Below, piece after piece: positions 13,013-26,567 of a DNA stretch of 64,000 nucleotides. The notes under the pieces are model-generated. The model was not told where the DNA came from and made no database searches. It saw nothing but the letters and a program-made list of their open reading frames with translations. The DNA is from Podarcis erhardii. Taxonomy: Eukaryota. Position 1 is the first letter of the stretch. The number at the start of each line of letters is the position of its first letter. The position numbers and the translations under genes are program-made. The stretch lies in assembly GCA_964252035.1 (NCBI GenBank), contig OZ176203.1. One strand, 5' to 3'.

Positions 13013-13869
13013 CACGCACTTGCTAGTTACAGCCTTGCCATTTCACACGGTTTAAGGTTATTGCTCTTTAGAGTTCCCGATGAAGCTTACACCAAAGCTA
13101 TGAATTGCAAAATGGAAAAGCATTCTGTGTCATTCACAGCAGACTGGCACAGCTCTATTGTTTATACAAGGAAGAGTGAAAATGACAGGAGATTTCCCCA
13201 GTATTTAAACAAGGCGAGCGATGGACTGTGTTGTTTGGCAGCAATCTTTTCAACGTTTCTTCCATTCATCTCTGTAGTGGGATTTTAAGTCATATGGAGA
13301 AAAAATGTTTTGCGTCTCCCAGTGCATACTTGCTTGCTGAACTTCTGCCTCATTATGCATTGGTTAATGGGTTGCTACTGAAAACGATTTCTTTAAAGAA
13401 ATGATTGTTTTCTAAAGCAAAGCACTAACCAGCTTGTCACTGCTCATTTGCATTGTAGTTTGCTCAGTGTGTAGTATGGGAGCCTGTGGAGGAGTCTTTT
13501 CAGCGGTGGCCCCACTGATGTGTGCCTTTGCCTTTATAATGTATTCATTATGGCAATGGATGAAGAAGATAGACCTCTTTTGTCAGGCTTTAGAAATGAA
13601 AGGTGTGATGGATGAAGTCTACTCTGATGCTGCTGCTATATCAGTTATGTAGATATTTTATGTGGATGGATTTTAATGATTTTATATATTGTGGGGGTTG
13701 TTTGTACAGCACCCAGTGAGGGCTGTGAGCAGTCATTGCAGAGGGAAAGGGGAGTTAGAGATGTTTTGGCCCAGTACAAAGAATACCTGTTGAGTGCAGA
13801 TAGGTTCCCACCAGATTCCCAAAGAATCTTCTGTTTTATCTAAGCATTTAAAATTAAGTTCATATATTT

Positions 13870-14280
13870 CATGGCAGCCTTTAGTAGCTGAGTATCACAA
13901 AGTGTTATGGGTATCAAATGAGCCAGTGAATATTGTAAAGAGTTCCTGTAATATAAGTTCATCTGCAATAAGATCTGATATAAGCATGGCAAATGGTTCT
14001 ATATTGCAATTGACATGGGACAAGGATGTGCATTGTTGTCATCAATCCTCTTTGCACTAGCGTTAGATGGTTGTGAAATTGCATCAAAAAAGTAATATGG
14101 ATGGGGTAACTGAGCTAACGGAGATGAACTACGCAGCATTGGCTCTGATAGTGATATTGCCTTTTTAGGTATGTCATAGAGTGAAATAATGGCCCTCATG
14201 TCAGTGAACGAACTGAAAGAAACAAAGCCTGCAATAGCGGTCACAAAAATGAGAAATAGAACAAGATCACCGTAGTAAGA
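13870..14280 (+). mobile_element. Highly decayed L1/Tx1-clade reverse transcriptase remnant
   Basis: Translates with stops to FYIAIDMGQGCALLSSILFALALDG (cf. RQGCPLSPLLFALALEP), then GSDSDIAFL (cf. YADDILL) and SGHKM (cf. SG.KIN). Confidence 0.55.
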
Positions 14281-15684
14281 CATCCCTTCTTATTTAACTT
14301 AGGTATAGGTTGGATAAGAAGGAAACTGAACAGGAGGACTACTAAGGAGCATAGTAATCTTAAAACAGTAGCTGAAATAAAGTCGTCTCTGGAAGACTAA
14401 AGGGGCAAACTTAAATGCATGCATCACATTAATGGCTAAAAGGGAAATCTGATGCATGCTTACTGTGAAATATGTCCCCCTGCCTTCAATGGTTCTTACT
14501 CCCAGGTGTGTGTAATTAGGTTTACAGGTTAGAGGGAAACAGGGAGGGACACTAACCAACAACCTACCGCAATGAGTGTGTTACTGCATGGAAGAGAACA
14601 ATGGTCAATAATAGCTGTCAACAAAATGATATTTAAAGCTGCTCTGCCATAGATTGTTTTGAAGGGTGTGAACATTTAATTGAAAATGAAGCTTGAAATG
14701 TTAAATAAAAGGCAGCCAGAACAAACAGGAATGGAAAATATCTTTACAGAAAGATGGATCAGCTTATGCCATGGTGCGAGCAGTCTCCATGCTATTGTCA
14801 CTATCGGGGTCAAGTAAAAAGAGACAAACAGGACCATTTCGGAGAAAGTTAGCAATTGGTTGTCAATACCCAGGAGTTGTTTTGAACAAAAAAAGTACAT
14901 TACTTTTGCAACTAAAGCATGGGTCAAAAGGAAGGTAAACAACACTTAAGGTAGAGCTAAACAAGATTTTTCCATTTGCAAAATGGTATTTGTGCATGGA
15001 TGGCATTCTGTTGTATGCCTTGGTCCCAGCTTTCCGGGATTTTTATTTTCATATTTGCCATCTGTAGCATCGGGATTGCTCTAGCCCACAGTTTCAGATG
15101 TGGAATGGATTCCCAAAGGAGTCCCATGCAGATTGACTTTATTAGAAAAAAAATGTGTTTCTTGGATAGAAGATGAATTTTTATATATTTAATGGCAGTA
15201 TTTGAAAATGATGTTGGCAGAGCATGTCATCAGTCTCCATCACAGTTGGCCTCTGGCTCACTCAGAAACACACTTCCTTGTTGTTCCTTGTTGATTTAAT
15301 GTGCAACCAGTGTCCCAACTTCATCCTGTCAAATGTTTAAATATAAGCTAGAGCAGTCATACTGTCCTGCTCAATCACTTACAGTGATCAAAGTTGGGGT
15401 GCCAATAGCTAAACCTGAGTTTCCAGGAAAGGGATACATGCAAAAAGATTTGTCCTCTTACGAAGACAAGTTTCTCATAAATTGATCTCTTTAGTCACTC
15501 AGAATTAGAGAACAGAATATAATTTTTCTTTTTCTAATTTAGGTGTTTTTCCTGTAAAGGAGAAGATACTTAACCCAAAGGTTATCAGTACTTTTAGTCA
15601 GCATATGATGGAATTATGGCAATCGTATTGTCAATGCAGAATCTTCATTGCTTTATGAGGTTGTAAGAATTGAATCACAGCACC

Positions 15685-15790
15685 CTGAATAGTAAATGTG
15701 TCCGATCCCCTTTTAAAGTCATCCAAGTTCCTGGCCATAGCTATATCTTGTGGTAGCCATTTCCACAATTTAACTATGTATTGGATAAAG
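15685..15790 (-). mobile_element. CR1 ORF2 C-terminal fragment
   Basis: Minus-strand IQYIVKLWKWLPQDIAMARNLDDFKRGSDTF matches the CR1 ORF2 end (VKLWNSLP...FKRGLDKF). Confidence 0.65.
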
Positions 15791-16814
15791 ACGTAATCTC
15801 CCCAGGCCACACCAAGAGCATAGCATGATTTGCTGGCACCCGGGGCAGGCGCAGACAGGTGCAAGCCAGGCGAGTACAGGGGGTGGAGGGTGAATGGTGA
15901 GTGGCTTCTGGTAGTTTGCACAGAAGTGGCCTTCAGGCTGGAGAAAGTTCCCCATTTCTGCTCTAAGAGGAGGAATTACTCTGACACCCAAGATAATAGG
16001 GATTAATGGTATTCAGTATTCTATACAAAGCACTTTACATTGTGAGGGTTCAGGTTATAGAGTGTTTGCACAACACTGTTGCCTGGTAGATGATAGAAGG
16101 ATAACAAAATCTTATTTGAATGGAGCCATTTATTGGGGGGGAAATATCTAATTTGTCACCAGTATCTCCTGTTGAGCCTTGTGCAGCCTTAGAGTTTTTC
16201 AAACTCCTCCTTTCCACATACTCTTTGCATTGTTAATTATTCCCCAGATGTTTGAACTTGGGGAAAAAATTAGAGTTCAATCTCATTTTGTCATTTGCAA
16301 GGCATCTCTTTGATGATCCATAACTAATTGTACTGTACTTGTCACACAGCAGATGTCTAGGTACAGTCCCATAAGCATACGGCTTTCTGTTATTACAAAT
16401 GCAAGTATTTTCCTGCTTGACTTCTAAAAAATTTACTATTTCTTGTATAGCTGGTCATTAAGCACTGCTCAATCCATCATCAATTCATCATTCAGTCTTG
16501 CTACTTTCATAAATTCTTTGAACATGAAATTTAGCTCTTGAGTCTCATATTCATCACCTTCAGATATTTATCCAGCCACCTCTGGGGGCATGTCTCAAGG
16601 TGGCTTACCAAAGAACCCTCTCCTAATACATAAATGAGACAACAAACTATTCAGTGTGCAATCCTAACCCCCCAATCCATGCCCAGGACTGGGGAGAAAA
16701 AGATGGAAAGGAGTGATAGCAGCTTGGTGACTTTGTGGGAAACATTGGAGTTATTGGGTGAATTCTGTGTTTATGGATCCAGCATCACTTGAGCTCTGTG
16801 AGTGTAGCTTTCTC

Positions 16815-17396
16815 CTGATTGAAGTACAGAGCGTTTGAGGCCCAGGACATTCACAGGGAAACCAAAATGCTTGTTTACAAAGCTATTGTACTACCAACCT
16901 TACCGTATGGTTGTGAAACATGGACCACTTATAAACATCATCTCCAACTCCTCAAAAGATTACATCAATGGTGTCTCCGGAAATTTTTACACATCACTTA
17001 GGAAGACAGGTGAACTAATGCCAGTGTACTGGAAAGATCACCAGTGTTGCAGCAGTGATTCTTCAACATCAACTTTGCTGGACTGATCATGTTGTGCGGA
17101 TGCCTGATTATCGTCTTCCAAAGGAACTACTCTACTCCAAACTTAAAAATGTTAAGCATAATGCTGGTGGTCAACAAAAGAGGTTCAAAGACTCTCTCAA
17201 AGCAAATCTTTAAAATGTAGTATAAATACCGACAACTGGGAAACACTGGACTTTGAGCGTTCCAACTGGAAAACAGCCTTTACCAAAGATGTCATGGGCT
17301 TTGAAGACACTCAAACTCAGAATGAAAGGGAAAAACATGCTAAGAAGAAGGCACACTTGTCACCATGATCAACTCCCACCCAGATACCTATGTCAC
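16815..17396 (+). mobile_element. RTE-clade LINE, 5'-truncated (left part, interrupted by LTR)
   Basis: TKMLVYKAIVLPTLPYGCETWT, downstream HVVRMPDYRLPKELLYS and GGQQKRFKDSLK motifs. Stops and frameshifts are present. Confidence 0.9.
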
Positions 17397-17838
17397 TGTC
17401 GGTTTGCAAGCCCCCTCCACAGAGGCTGGCCCCTCTCGCTGTCCTCGGAGCTTGCATACCGGTAACCTCCTCTGGCTGACTTCCCGGCAGACCAGGGAGA
17501 TTTTGATAGGCAACATTTTCCCAAGAGTGGGTAAAATGCACACCCCCTCCTCCTGCTTCTTCCCTAGCAGGGAAAAGGAGACAGTCAGAAACGTCTTTTA
17601 CATTCTTTTATTTCTGACTACGGCACTAGAGAAAAAACACGTCCTTTCAGTTCAGTTCTTCTAGCAAGTCTGACAAACTTCCTGAACATGCGCACACGGG
17701 AGGTTTCAAATTACACCCTTCACAGAGACTTTTCCAGCCTGTGAACTTCCTCGGAAATTCTTCTTTCCCACAGATAGGCGCATCATGTGATGTCAACAAT
17801 CTAGCTGTCTGCAGCTGTGATGTTTCCATATACTGACA
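17397..17838 (-). mobile_element. Solo LTR (442 bp) inserted in RTE
   Basis: TGTC...GACA termini, 5-bp TSD gtcac/gtccc, minus-strand AATAAA. RTE sequence resumes exactly after it. Confidence 0.8.
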
Positions 17839-17955
17839 GTCCCCACTGTGGAAGGACCTGTGGATCCAGAATTGGCCTCCAAAGTCACTTACGGACTCAC
17901 TTTTCAAACCATGTTTATGGAAGACAATCTTGCTCGGCTATGAGTGATCGTCAAG
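17839..17955 (+). mobile_element. RTE-clade LINE 3' end (right part)
   Basis: Rejoined sequence encodes the C-terminal zinc-finger-like CPHCGRTCGSRIGLQSHLRTH. Confidence 0.88.
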
Positions 17956-19171
17956 GTGTGAGGTGTGAGAGTAGAATGGGACGAGTGATTTTTGGAAGAG
18001 TAGTGGTCATAGTATGATTTTTACAGCTGTAGGGAAGAATGTGGATGTGCTGGATATGTGTTAATGGGGTGAGTTTATCATACCAGGAGTCAGGATGTGT
18101 GTTGGTAAGCAGGAGGGCAAAAGGAAAGGATCTCCAACTCTTAAAACAGTTCTCAAAATGTGCTGCCATGTTTTTGCTTTGAGGAGGATTTTATTGTTTT
18201 ATATTGTATTGTATTATATATTGACACCCCCCTCGAGAGCGCAATATACAACACACACAAACACACACCACATACCACACAGACACATGTCTTGTTATTT
18301 TTATAAAATGCTTAGAGGCTGTTTTAGTATTAAGTGGTATGTAAATAGATGAAATAAATAAATAAGGAACCCCAAAGCAGGCCCTAAAAGGCAGATCTTG
18401 AATCACATGTGGTTTCAAAATGGAAAAGGTGTTCCCTAGAATATTGCTGCTATAGAAATCACTTTCTATATTGCACTCAGCTATGGGCAGGGGCACATAG
18501 CTTTAGTCAGACCATGGTCCTCCCAGATACCTTCGCTTTCACTCATTGATGGCTTAGACCTTGCAACTTGGGAGGATTTACTTTAGATGGACAATTTCTG
18601 GCTGCATTTGTTCATAACCATACTATAACTAGAGAATGTATCTAGCCTCTTTGCAGGCTCATTCATCCCTATTCTTTCTCTTGCATGGAGTTTCCCCTCC
18701 TGTTTTAGATAAGCCACAGTTCAGCATGTTGTTTTAACCCTATACTGTGCTTAATCATCACTGCTAACTACTAGTAAATACTAACTACTACTAATTTTTC
18801 TACTAACCATAGTGAAAAGTAATCAGTTTGTCCAGAATTGGACAAAATAGATAAGCAGAAGTTGAACTAAAACTGAAGCAAAACATTTCCAAGCTCCTCC
18901 TTGCCGTCATGCCAAAAGAGGTTGCACACAAGTCTGGATGAGGGAGAGAAAGCTCATCTTGTAATGCTAAACTGTGTTTTAGTGCAGGTTACCAGTGTGG
19001 CAATCTCTGATGCTGTTGAAGTATTGGCTGTGCTAGTTGAGGCCATTGGTTACCCCTGGCTTAGTACTAGACGTGACCCCTTTTATGGTGTCTTTGCAGT
19101 GTTTATTTTATTTCTAGATTTACAAGCAGAGTATGGCACAAGCAAATAAACTGCTACTCAAAAGCTGGATA

Positions 19172-19403
19172 CAGTGGTACCTTGAGTTAAGAACTTAATT
19201 CTTTCTGGAGGTCTGTTCTTAACCTGAAACTGTTCTTAACCTGAGGTACCACTTTAGCTAATGGGGCCTCCTGCTGCCGCCGCCGCGCCACCGCCGCTGC
19301 CCGATTTCTGTTCTCATCCTGAAGCAAAGTTCTAAACCCAAGGTACAATTTCTAGGTTAGCAGAGTCTGTAACCTGAAGCATCTGTAACCCAAAGTACCA
19401 CTG
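19172..19403. mobile_element. Tc1/mariner-type MITE
   Basis: CAGTGGTAC...GTACCACTG TIRs with TA on both sides. A second copy lies at 23230-23466. Confidence 0.9.
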
Positions 19404-20776
19404 TATTTTTAAAAATGTGAATCAGGGCAGTTCCAGTAGACAGGCATTTAGTGCTGCAGTTTAAGACAAGGCCTATGGTACGGTGCTGTGATTTCAGTTG
19501 CCTCTCCATGAAAGCTCTTTAAGATGGAAGAAATGCAGAGAGGATGTGATATTTCTGGGTTTGGCTAAGTTTTTGGCTGATATCCCTGGAGGTCAATCAG
19601 TCCTCCATACTGACAAGTGGTAAGGCCTCTGAATATGAATTGCTGGAGAGCAACGGGGAATGAGGACAAAATATGGGACTAGGACCTTTTGTCTGATTCA
19701 GTAGAACTGCTCTCAAATCATGTTTTATGTTGCCTTAATGCAATTTTGTTAACTTTATTGCAACGACTCTGCTTGAATAAGTATTATGCATGAATTAATT
19801 GAACCAGTATGGCACATGTAAGAATAAAATAACATGATTGAAAGATGAACAGATTCATGTTCACATTTGATAGATGTGGCCACAACTCTTCTTCATAGGT
19901 GTTTTATTGGGAATAACAAACAAGATTATCCGGAGTCTTCTGGTGCCAGAATCCCTATGTGGTCTATCTGAAAGTACGGTTGTGCTGCATATCGTTATTC
20001 AGGAAGTCGCTAATAATTGCTGGACTGATTGACTGCATTTGTATTTACATTTCAAATTTTGCCCTGGAATGGATCACTCTATGTGAAATGTAATTGCAGA
20101 GCAAAGGTGGAGAGTGACTGCTTAAAATACATTAGAAATTATCTCTCAGAAGTCAACTCAGTTTCTGTGGAGTGATTTTATTTAATTATCCCTTAGGATC
20201 TGCTAGGTTGTCTGACTTTTTTTTTAAGTAGAGCAATGATAGTTGGCTGTCATGGATGTGATTTATGAAACAGCTAATTTATTTGGAATTGGAGCTTTTG
20301 CTTAAAAAAAATAAAATGGGTGGCTTTTTGTTTTTGATTTGTGTGATCCCTAGCAATTTATACAGCAGGCATCAATATGCATTGTCAAAAGCTGAATGGA
20401 GTGTTGTTTAGAACAGAATGCAACATTTTGAAATGGCATTGCAGTTAATCCAGTAGTCAGTATTCAGAGACTGTTAACCACCTTTGTTGGTTTCACTGCA
20501 GCCATTACCAATGCCTATTCATTATCCTACACCAACAAAACAAAAATACAAACTTACATGTCATCTATGTGACAGGGATGGAACACATACACCTGGCTGA
20601 TTATAGAAAACATTTTCTCGATGCAAATAAGTAGAAAGTGATGCAGGTTGGGGCAATCAATCAATCAATCAATCAATCTTGATTTCACATATATACCCAT
20701 GAGGTTCTGAACCAGTGCCAGAAATAAGGTGGTGTGGTCAGTTCCCCTCCACAAGACACCAAGTCAAGGGGGCACA

Positions 20777-20777
<1 letters not shown>

Positions 20778-20815
<38 letters not shown>

Positions 20816-20816
20816 C
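20778..20816. repeat. (CAA)n microsatellite
   Basis: Perfect CAA run. Confidence 0.97.
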
Positions 20817-21149
20817 CTCCTATATTTGTACAGGTACGTACTGAGCAGATACATTTAAAAAGCAACTGTACCAAAAGGAATCAGAAATACTTGGGAGATA
20901 GGTGCCAAATTGTGTCCTCACTCAGGGCGCCATATTGCCCAAGTCTTGCAGGAATGTTAAGAATAGTAGGAAAGGATATATTGAATAAGTATTATCCTTC
21001 CTTCACTCACGCTAGTAAGTGGTGTAGCAGAGCAGATTCCCCTCAATATAGCTGGAAGCTAGTTTGCAGATTCGCTTGAATCTCTTAGTTAAGATTATTT
21101 CCTGGTGCCCCTTTAATCCCTCTTAAAAGAATAAAGACACAAGAGTCTT

Positions 21150-21680
21150 TCTGAGTAAAGTAACAAAAAATTACTCACATTTCAGTTCACAATTTGATCC
21201 CTGAAAGGCTGGCTTTTCTTAGTAGTTACACAAAGAAAGAGAGTTCATCTCATAGGGAGACTGAACTCATGTGCTGCTGGCTCAAAGCCAGCAGACAGAA
21301 AAATTACATGAAGATAACAAATGGCTGCAGGAGAGCAGCAACAAGAATGAGATCAGACAAAACTGGACAAGAGACTGAGAACATGGCTGCGTGACTCGGC
21401 TCTTTTATGGAGTCAGCCAGAGCCACGCCCATCTCCCAGGTCACCTGCAGGGAGAGGAAGCTCCAGACCAGTGGAACAGGAAGTTACACTGACTGGATGT
21501 CCACCTGCCTGTGCCCACTCTAGGGAAATAAGGAATGTTGCATTTGACTGTACCAATGGATTACACCCCACAAGTCTGCCTCTGGTCTTAACTGGTGGTG
21601 ACTGACCAGGAACAAGACCATAGGGTCATGGTAGATACCTGGATGAAAATGTTGACCTGTTAGGAGTTCAGTCTGTCACA
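21150..21680 (-). mobile_element. LTR-like remnant
   Basis: Minus strand starts TGTGACAG and has a TATA-like ccataaaag. Left boundary and TSD are not resolved. Confidence 0.4.
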
Positions 21681-23014
21681 GACCCCTCTGTTTTCCTGGA
21701 TTTTGTTTACATTGGCATTGAATATTCTCTGGTACCTGGTGTCCACAGAGCAGTCCTCTTTGGGCTATTGGGGGTTTTTTGTGGGAGAAGGCATTCCTTG
21801 TTGGTTTTAGATTTTTATACTTCTTCATACATTAGGATCTCACCTGCCCCCTAGGGTGTGCACACCTCCCTACTGCAGCTGTTTTGAACCCATTTCTCTC
21901 AGCATAGGGGCACTCAGTATGCTATTAAAAGGAATGTTCTTTCTCTCCCTACAGAAATGAAGTCATAAAAGTTATAAAGTAACACACGGTAGTACAAGAG
22001 GCAGCAAAAGAGAGAACATGCATCCACATACCATTCCCTTGTACCCAGGTGAGGTCTATGATGAACAAATGTGCCTATTCATCTTTTCTCACTTTTTTGA
22101 GGCTTTTCCCTTTTTAGAAAACATTAGTGCCTCTCTCTTAGGTCTTCAGAAGCTACAGTGACAGTGAAAGTCTAATTACCATGTTTAATTTTGCTCTTTT
22201 TAGCATGCTCTGCAATTCTTGTCATCATACAGCTGTGGAAAGAAGTTATTTTATAGCAGTTTCTTCATTCCTGGTCTTGTGAGAATAATGCCGCGGCGCA
22301 GAAGGTTTAGATTGTTCGCTTGTGTTAAAATTAGCATTCGCCCTGCTTTTCTTTGTTAAGGACTTTCTTTAGGTTTACTTTATACTTTGGTGTGAAGGAA
22401 TTTATTTATTATTTCTGCATTTGTTTACTCTCATACATCCACACAGTGAGAAATAAAATGCTTTCCTCACCCCATATGTTTCTATTCTGTTGTATTTCTG
22501 TATAACCTACAAAAAATATTTCATTAAAGCCTATTGAGTAATAATCCTATACAGAGATTTAAGGACTTGAAAGGAGAATATTACATAGTGAAAATCCACT
22601 GGAGGTTGATACATAAAGAAATTCCTATTAAGGAACAAAGGACGCTTGTTGCAACGAAGCTTTAACATTTTGTTGTCTTTCTGTTGCTAAAATGTTGTGC
22701 TTAGAAAAAAACACACAGCTGACACATCAGAGGAAGGGGTGGGTGGGTTTGTAGGGAAATGCAGATAAAAGATTGCTGTTCCCAACAATCATGTTTATTA
22801 ATCTTCACACAGAAAACCGACTTCCACCTTCAGAAAAGGAAGAGAACCTTACTGCAAATGCAGCAATCACGGTGGGAATGATTCAGCCAAAGTGAAATAC
22901 TTTTTGATACCTTCACCAGCTCATGCCATGGCAACCTGAGGCCTCCTTAGAGGGTGCACACTATGGCAGCTGTACAGGAACACCCTGGGTGGATGACTCA
23001 GTGCCAATAGTGGG

Positions 23015-23016
<2 letters not shown>

Positions 23017-23054
<38 letters not shown>
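23017..23054. repeat. (CT)n microsatellite
   Basis: Perfect TC run. Confidence 0.97.
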
Positions 23055-23056
<2 letters not shown>

Positions 23057-23229
23057 CAACCACTGTGGCCTCTTCCTCTGTGGCCTCTGCTCAAAATAGG
23101 ACACTTAATGTGGTATGGGACTGTCCTCTGCAATTGTAGGGCATATGCCCACCTTATATGTACATTTACCTGGGAATAAGTCCAATTGAACTTTGTTGTG
23201 TGATGAGTGGTTGGGTGGTGTTTAATATA

Positions 23230-23466
23230 CAGTGGTACCTCGGGTTAAGAACTTAATTCGTTCCAGAGGTCCGTTCTTAACCTGAAACTGTTCTTAACCT
23301 GAAACACCACTTTAGCTAATGGGGCCTCCCGCTGCCGCCGTGCCACCAGAGCACAATTTCTGTTCTCATCCTGAAGCAAAGTTCTTAATCCGAGGTACTA
23401 TTTCTGGGTTAGCGGGTTACCTGAAGCGTATGTAACCTGAAGCGTATGTAACCCAAGGAACCACTG
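23230..23466. mobile_element. Tc1/mariner-type MITE (same family as 19172-19403)
   Basis: CAGTGGT...ACCACTG termini, TA at left and CA at right. Colinear with the 19172 copy. Confidence 0.9.
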
Positions 23467-24050
23467 CATTAGAGAAGTGGGTAAATTAACCCCATAGTAA
23501 GATAGTCACCTGTATACACCCAGTGTCTCTCACATATTCTGAAAAGCAGGTGAATGTAACACTATTTCATTTGGAAAGGACCATGCATCTGAAAACATTA
23601 GGCAATATAATAGCTATGGTAATTTACATTTAAAATGTAAGGGGGGAGGGTGGAATCAACTACAGAAGTATGTTGGAATATTGTTCTGTCTGGGTGGGGG
23701 GAAGCACCTATTTGCAATTTTCTAGGGAACTATGGTTTGCTAAAATTAAAAGCCCTTATTTCAATTAGTCTTTTTCATAAAACTAAAATGAGTCTTTCCC
23801 TGGACAATTCCGATAAATATGCAGACTGAATCGTAAGTATAAATATACGTAAACAGCATTTAAAGCATGATTTGAGATACAGAGACTCATTACAATGAAA
23901 CATAATTTCCAAACTCAATTTACTAAGAAATTGTTGGACTCATGCATCCTCCTACCAGGCAATCTGGCAGCTCTACACACAAATATTACCCAACACAGGT
24001 ATTGTTTTGATGTAAGGAAAAATGTGGCACATGGTCATCAATATTTATAT

Positions 24051-24182
24051 CATGGCTGGGGAATCTATCATTCCCCAGATGTCGTTGGATTTCAGCTCCC
24101 ATCAGCCCCAATATCTGTTTGCCCACTGGGCTCTTCTTGTGTCATCCAACAATGTTTGGAGGCCACAGGTTCCCTGCTTCTG
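24051..24182. mobile_element. Degraded short hAT-type MITE
   Basis: ccagatgtcgttgga...tccaacaatgtttgg fold-back pattern, related to 59945-60062. Confidence 0.5.
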
Positions 24183-25609
24183 ATTTAGATTTAACACAAG
24201 TATATCAAAGGGAACAGAATGTGCAACATTTATGCTCAAGCAACTTCAGTATAATGCTTTGGAACAAGCTACAAATTACACTGGAGTTGCAGGTAATGAA
24301 GCCCCAAACCATCTTTGTTTCTAGACTTGCATTTACCCAGAAACATCTGGGCTGAAGTGTAATGTGTAGTTTATGCCTTAATTGTACTATTTAACTCTGT
24401 TGCAATGGACAGCAACTGTATTTAATCTTTTCCCAATGAATAAACTCCAACGTACCATCCTTTACAGATGTTTTACCAGTGCTTATTACAAAGAGCTGCA
24501 TTTGTTTCCAAAATCTGGGAAATAGTCAAGGGGGGGAAATCAGCCTCCATTTTTTAAACTGCTATAACTCAGAGATTTTCAATCTGATTTCCATGAAAAT
24601 CGGGGATCTTCTACCCCTCACTCAAGAGAGTTTCTGTTTCAAATTTCCTACAGATAGGACAAGTTATCTTGATTTTATAAGTAGAAATGTCATGTTTTAA
24701 CAGAAGATGTGTGATACTTTAACTATAAAGGTGTTCCTGAGGGCCTATAATATTATACAGAGAGAAACTTTGAGCATTAATAATATGTACAGAGACAGTA
24801 AGCACACATTAAGCTTCCTGTAATCATGCTTATACATGGTATCTAAAATTGTGATTTATAAATCACCTCTCTGAAAGATGTATGTCTCCTGCTGTCGGTG
24901 CATTACGCACTCTTCCCCAAGGGAGATATGAACCAGTTCCCACTTTGACAATACCAATATACTCAGGTACAAAAGTCCAGCCTGCATGCACTTCTTGTAC
25001 TTGCAGGTTATCATTAATGTCTGATGGTTCTCAAAGACATTTGGCTCAAACTGAGAAAATACAAGACAATATAGTAACTATAAACCTGCTGCCTTGTTTT
25101 GAATCCAACCAATCGACCCTTTACCCCAGTAATTGCCTTTTAGCCTTACTGTGCAAAACTGTTTTTCCACAGCTGACTGCCAGTTTCCCAAAACACTTCA
25201 CACTTCTGATGCAATAAGCTCCAGCCTATAAAAGCTCAAGGTACAATAAACAAACATGGTGCATTAAGGTATAACAGGACTCTTGCATTGTACCCCAATA
25301 ATAGCACCCTTAATTGACAGCAAGTCACACCTTGTAGAGCTGACTCTTGCAGCTGGCAACACATCTTTATTTCTGAGATTTGAGCCCACGTGTAATTATT
25401 TTACTTCTTCATGATACAGCTGGAGCCAGTTGTGTGAAACACCCCTCCCCGTGTGAAAAACTGAAAAATTGCAGTGGCAATGGGATGCTAGACTGCAATA
25501 ATTTCAAGAGAATCTACTGTCAGTGGCATTTTGTGGTCCACTGAGCCTGTCAAAGAAAGGGCAGCTGGGCTTGTGCTGAGCAGAGGCCATTGGATTAGTG
25601 AGACGGGCA

Positions 25610-26513
25610 GGAATTCTTGGAGAACAGGAAGCAGGCAAATGTTGTTCATATCTTCAAAAAGTGAAATAAGAAGACCCAGGTAACTACTGACCAGTCAACT
25701 TGATATGGATACTAGGAAAGGTCCTAGAACAAATAACTAAACAGTCAGTCTGTGAGCACTTACAGTAGAAAAGGATAACTGTGATTACTAATACAGTGGT
25801 GCCTCTCAAGACGAAATTAATTCATTCCGCGAGTTTTTTCGTCCTGCGATTTTTTCGTCTTGCGAAGCACGGACTTTGGAAAAGCTTCAAAAATCACCAA
25901 AGTCTTCAAAAACCTCAAAAAAGGCTACCACACCGCGTGTTATGAGTTGCTCCTCGAAGTGAATGCACGGTTTTAAGAAAAAGGAAACAAACTTGCAAGA
26001 CAAAGGAAACAAACTTGCAAGAAGTTTTCGTCTTGCAAAGCAAGTCCATAGGGAAATCCGTCTTGCGAAGCAACTCAAAAAATGAAAAACTCTTTCGTTT
26101 TGCGAGTTTTTCATCTTGCGAGGTACCACTGTACCTGGCATAGGTTTCTCAAAAAAAGTCATGCCAGATGAAGCTCATTTCCTTAAAAAAAAAAAAAAAA
26201 GAGTTACAAGTTACAAGCTTGGTTGATCAGGGGAATGCTGTGGACATAGAGTATCTTGATTTTAGTAATGCTTGCTTTCTCCTTCTCCTACTCCAGAGGC
26301 TAGGACCTGAACCAATGGATTCAAGTTGCAAGAAAGAAGATTCTGACAAAGCATCAAGAAGAACTTTCTGACAGTGAGAGCTGTTCTACATTGGAGCAGA
26401 CTCCCACGAGGTTGGATGGCCCCCTTTCATGTGTGATCTGGTGAGATTCCTGCATTACAGGGGGTTGGACTAGATGACCCTCAAGACCCCTTCCAACTCC
26501 ACTGTTCTGTTAT
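25610..26513 (+). mobile_element. Internally deleted CR1 LINE, interrupted by a MITE
   Basis: RT-region motifs (EDPGNY.PV.L, then VTSLVDQGNAVDIEYLDFSNA) jump at about 26276 to the ORF2 end and CR1 tail ggttggactagatgaccctc...ttccaactc. Confidence 0.8.
25794..26131. mobile_element. Tc1/mariner-type MITE (second family)
   Basis: CAGTGGT...ACCACTG TIRs, TA TSD, repeated tcgtcttgcga subterminal motifs, and a 22-bp-period internal duplication at 25980-26022. Confidence 0.9.
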
Positions 26514-26567
26514 TGTCCAGGAGATGAAGGTGCTTCCTCCTTCAGCTGAAATCTTGGCTTCCTCATG

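Noticed and set aside
14750-14934. 185-nt AG/GT-bounded open segment (KDGSAYAMVRAV...)
   Set aside because: The peptide is unrecognised and the pyrimidine tract is short. Such segments are expected by chance in 64 kb.
20729-21079. Poly-glutamine ORF
   Set aside because: The Q run is only the (CAA)n microsatellite.
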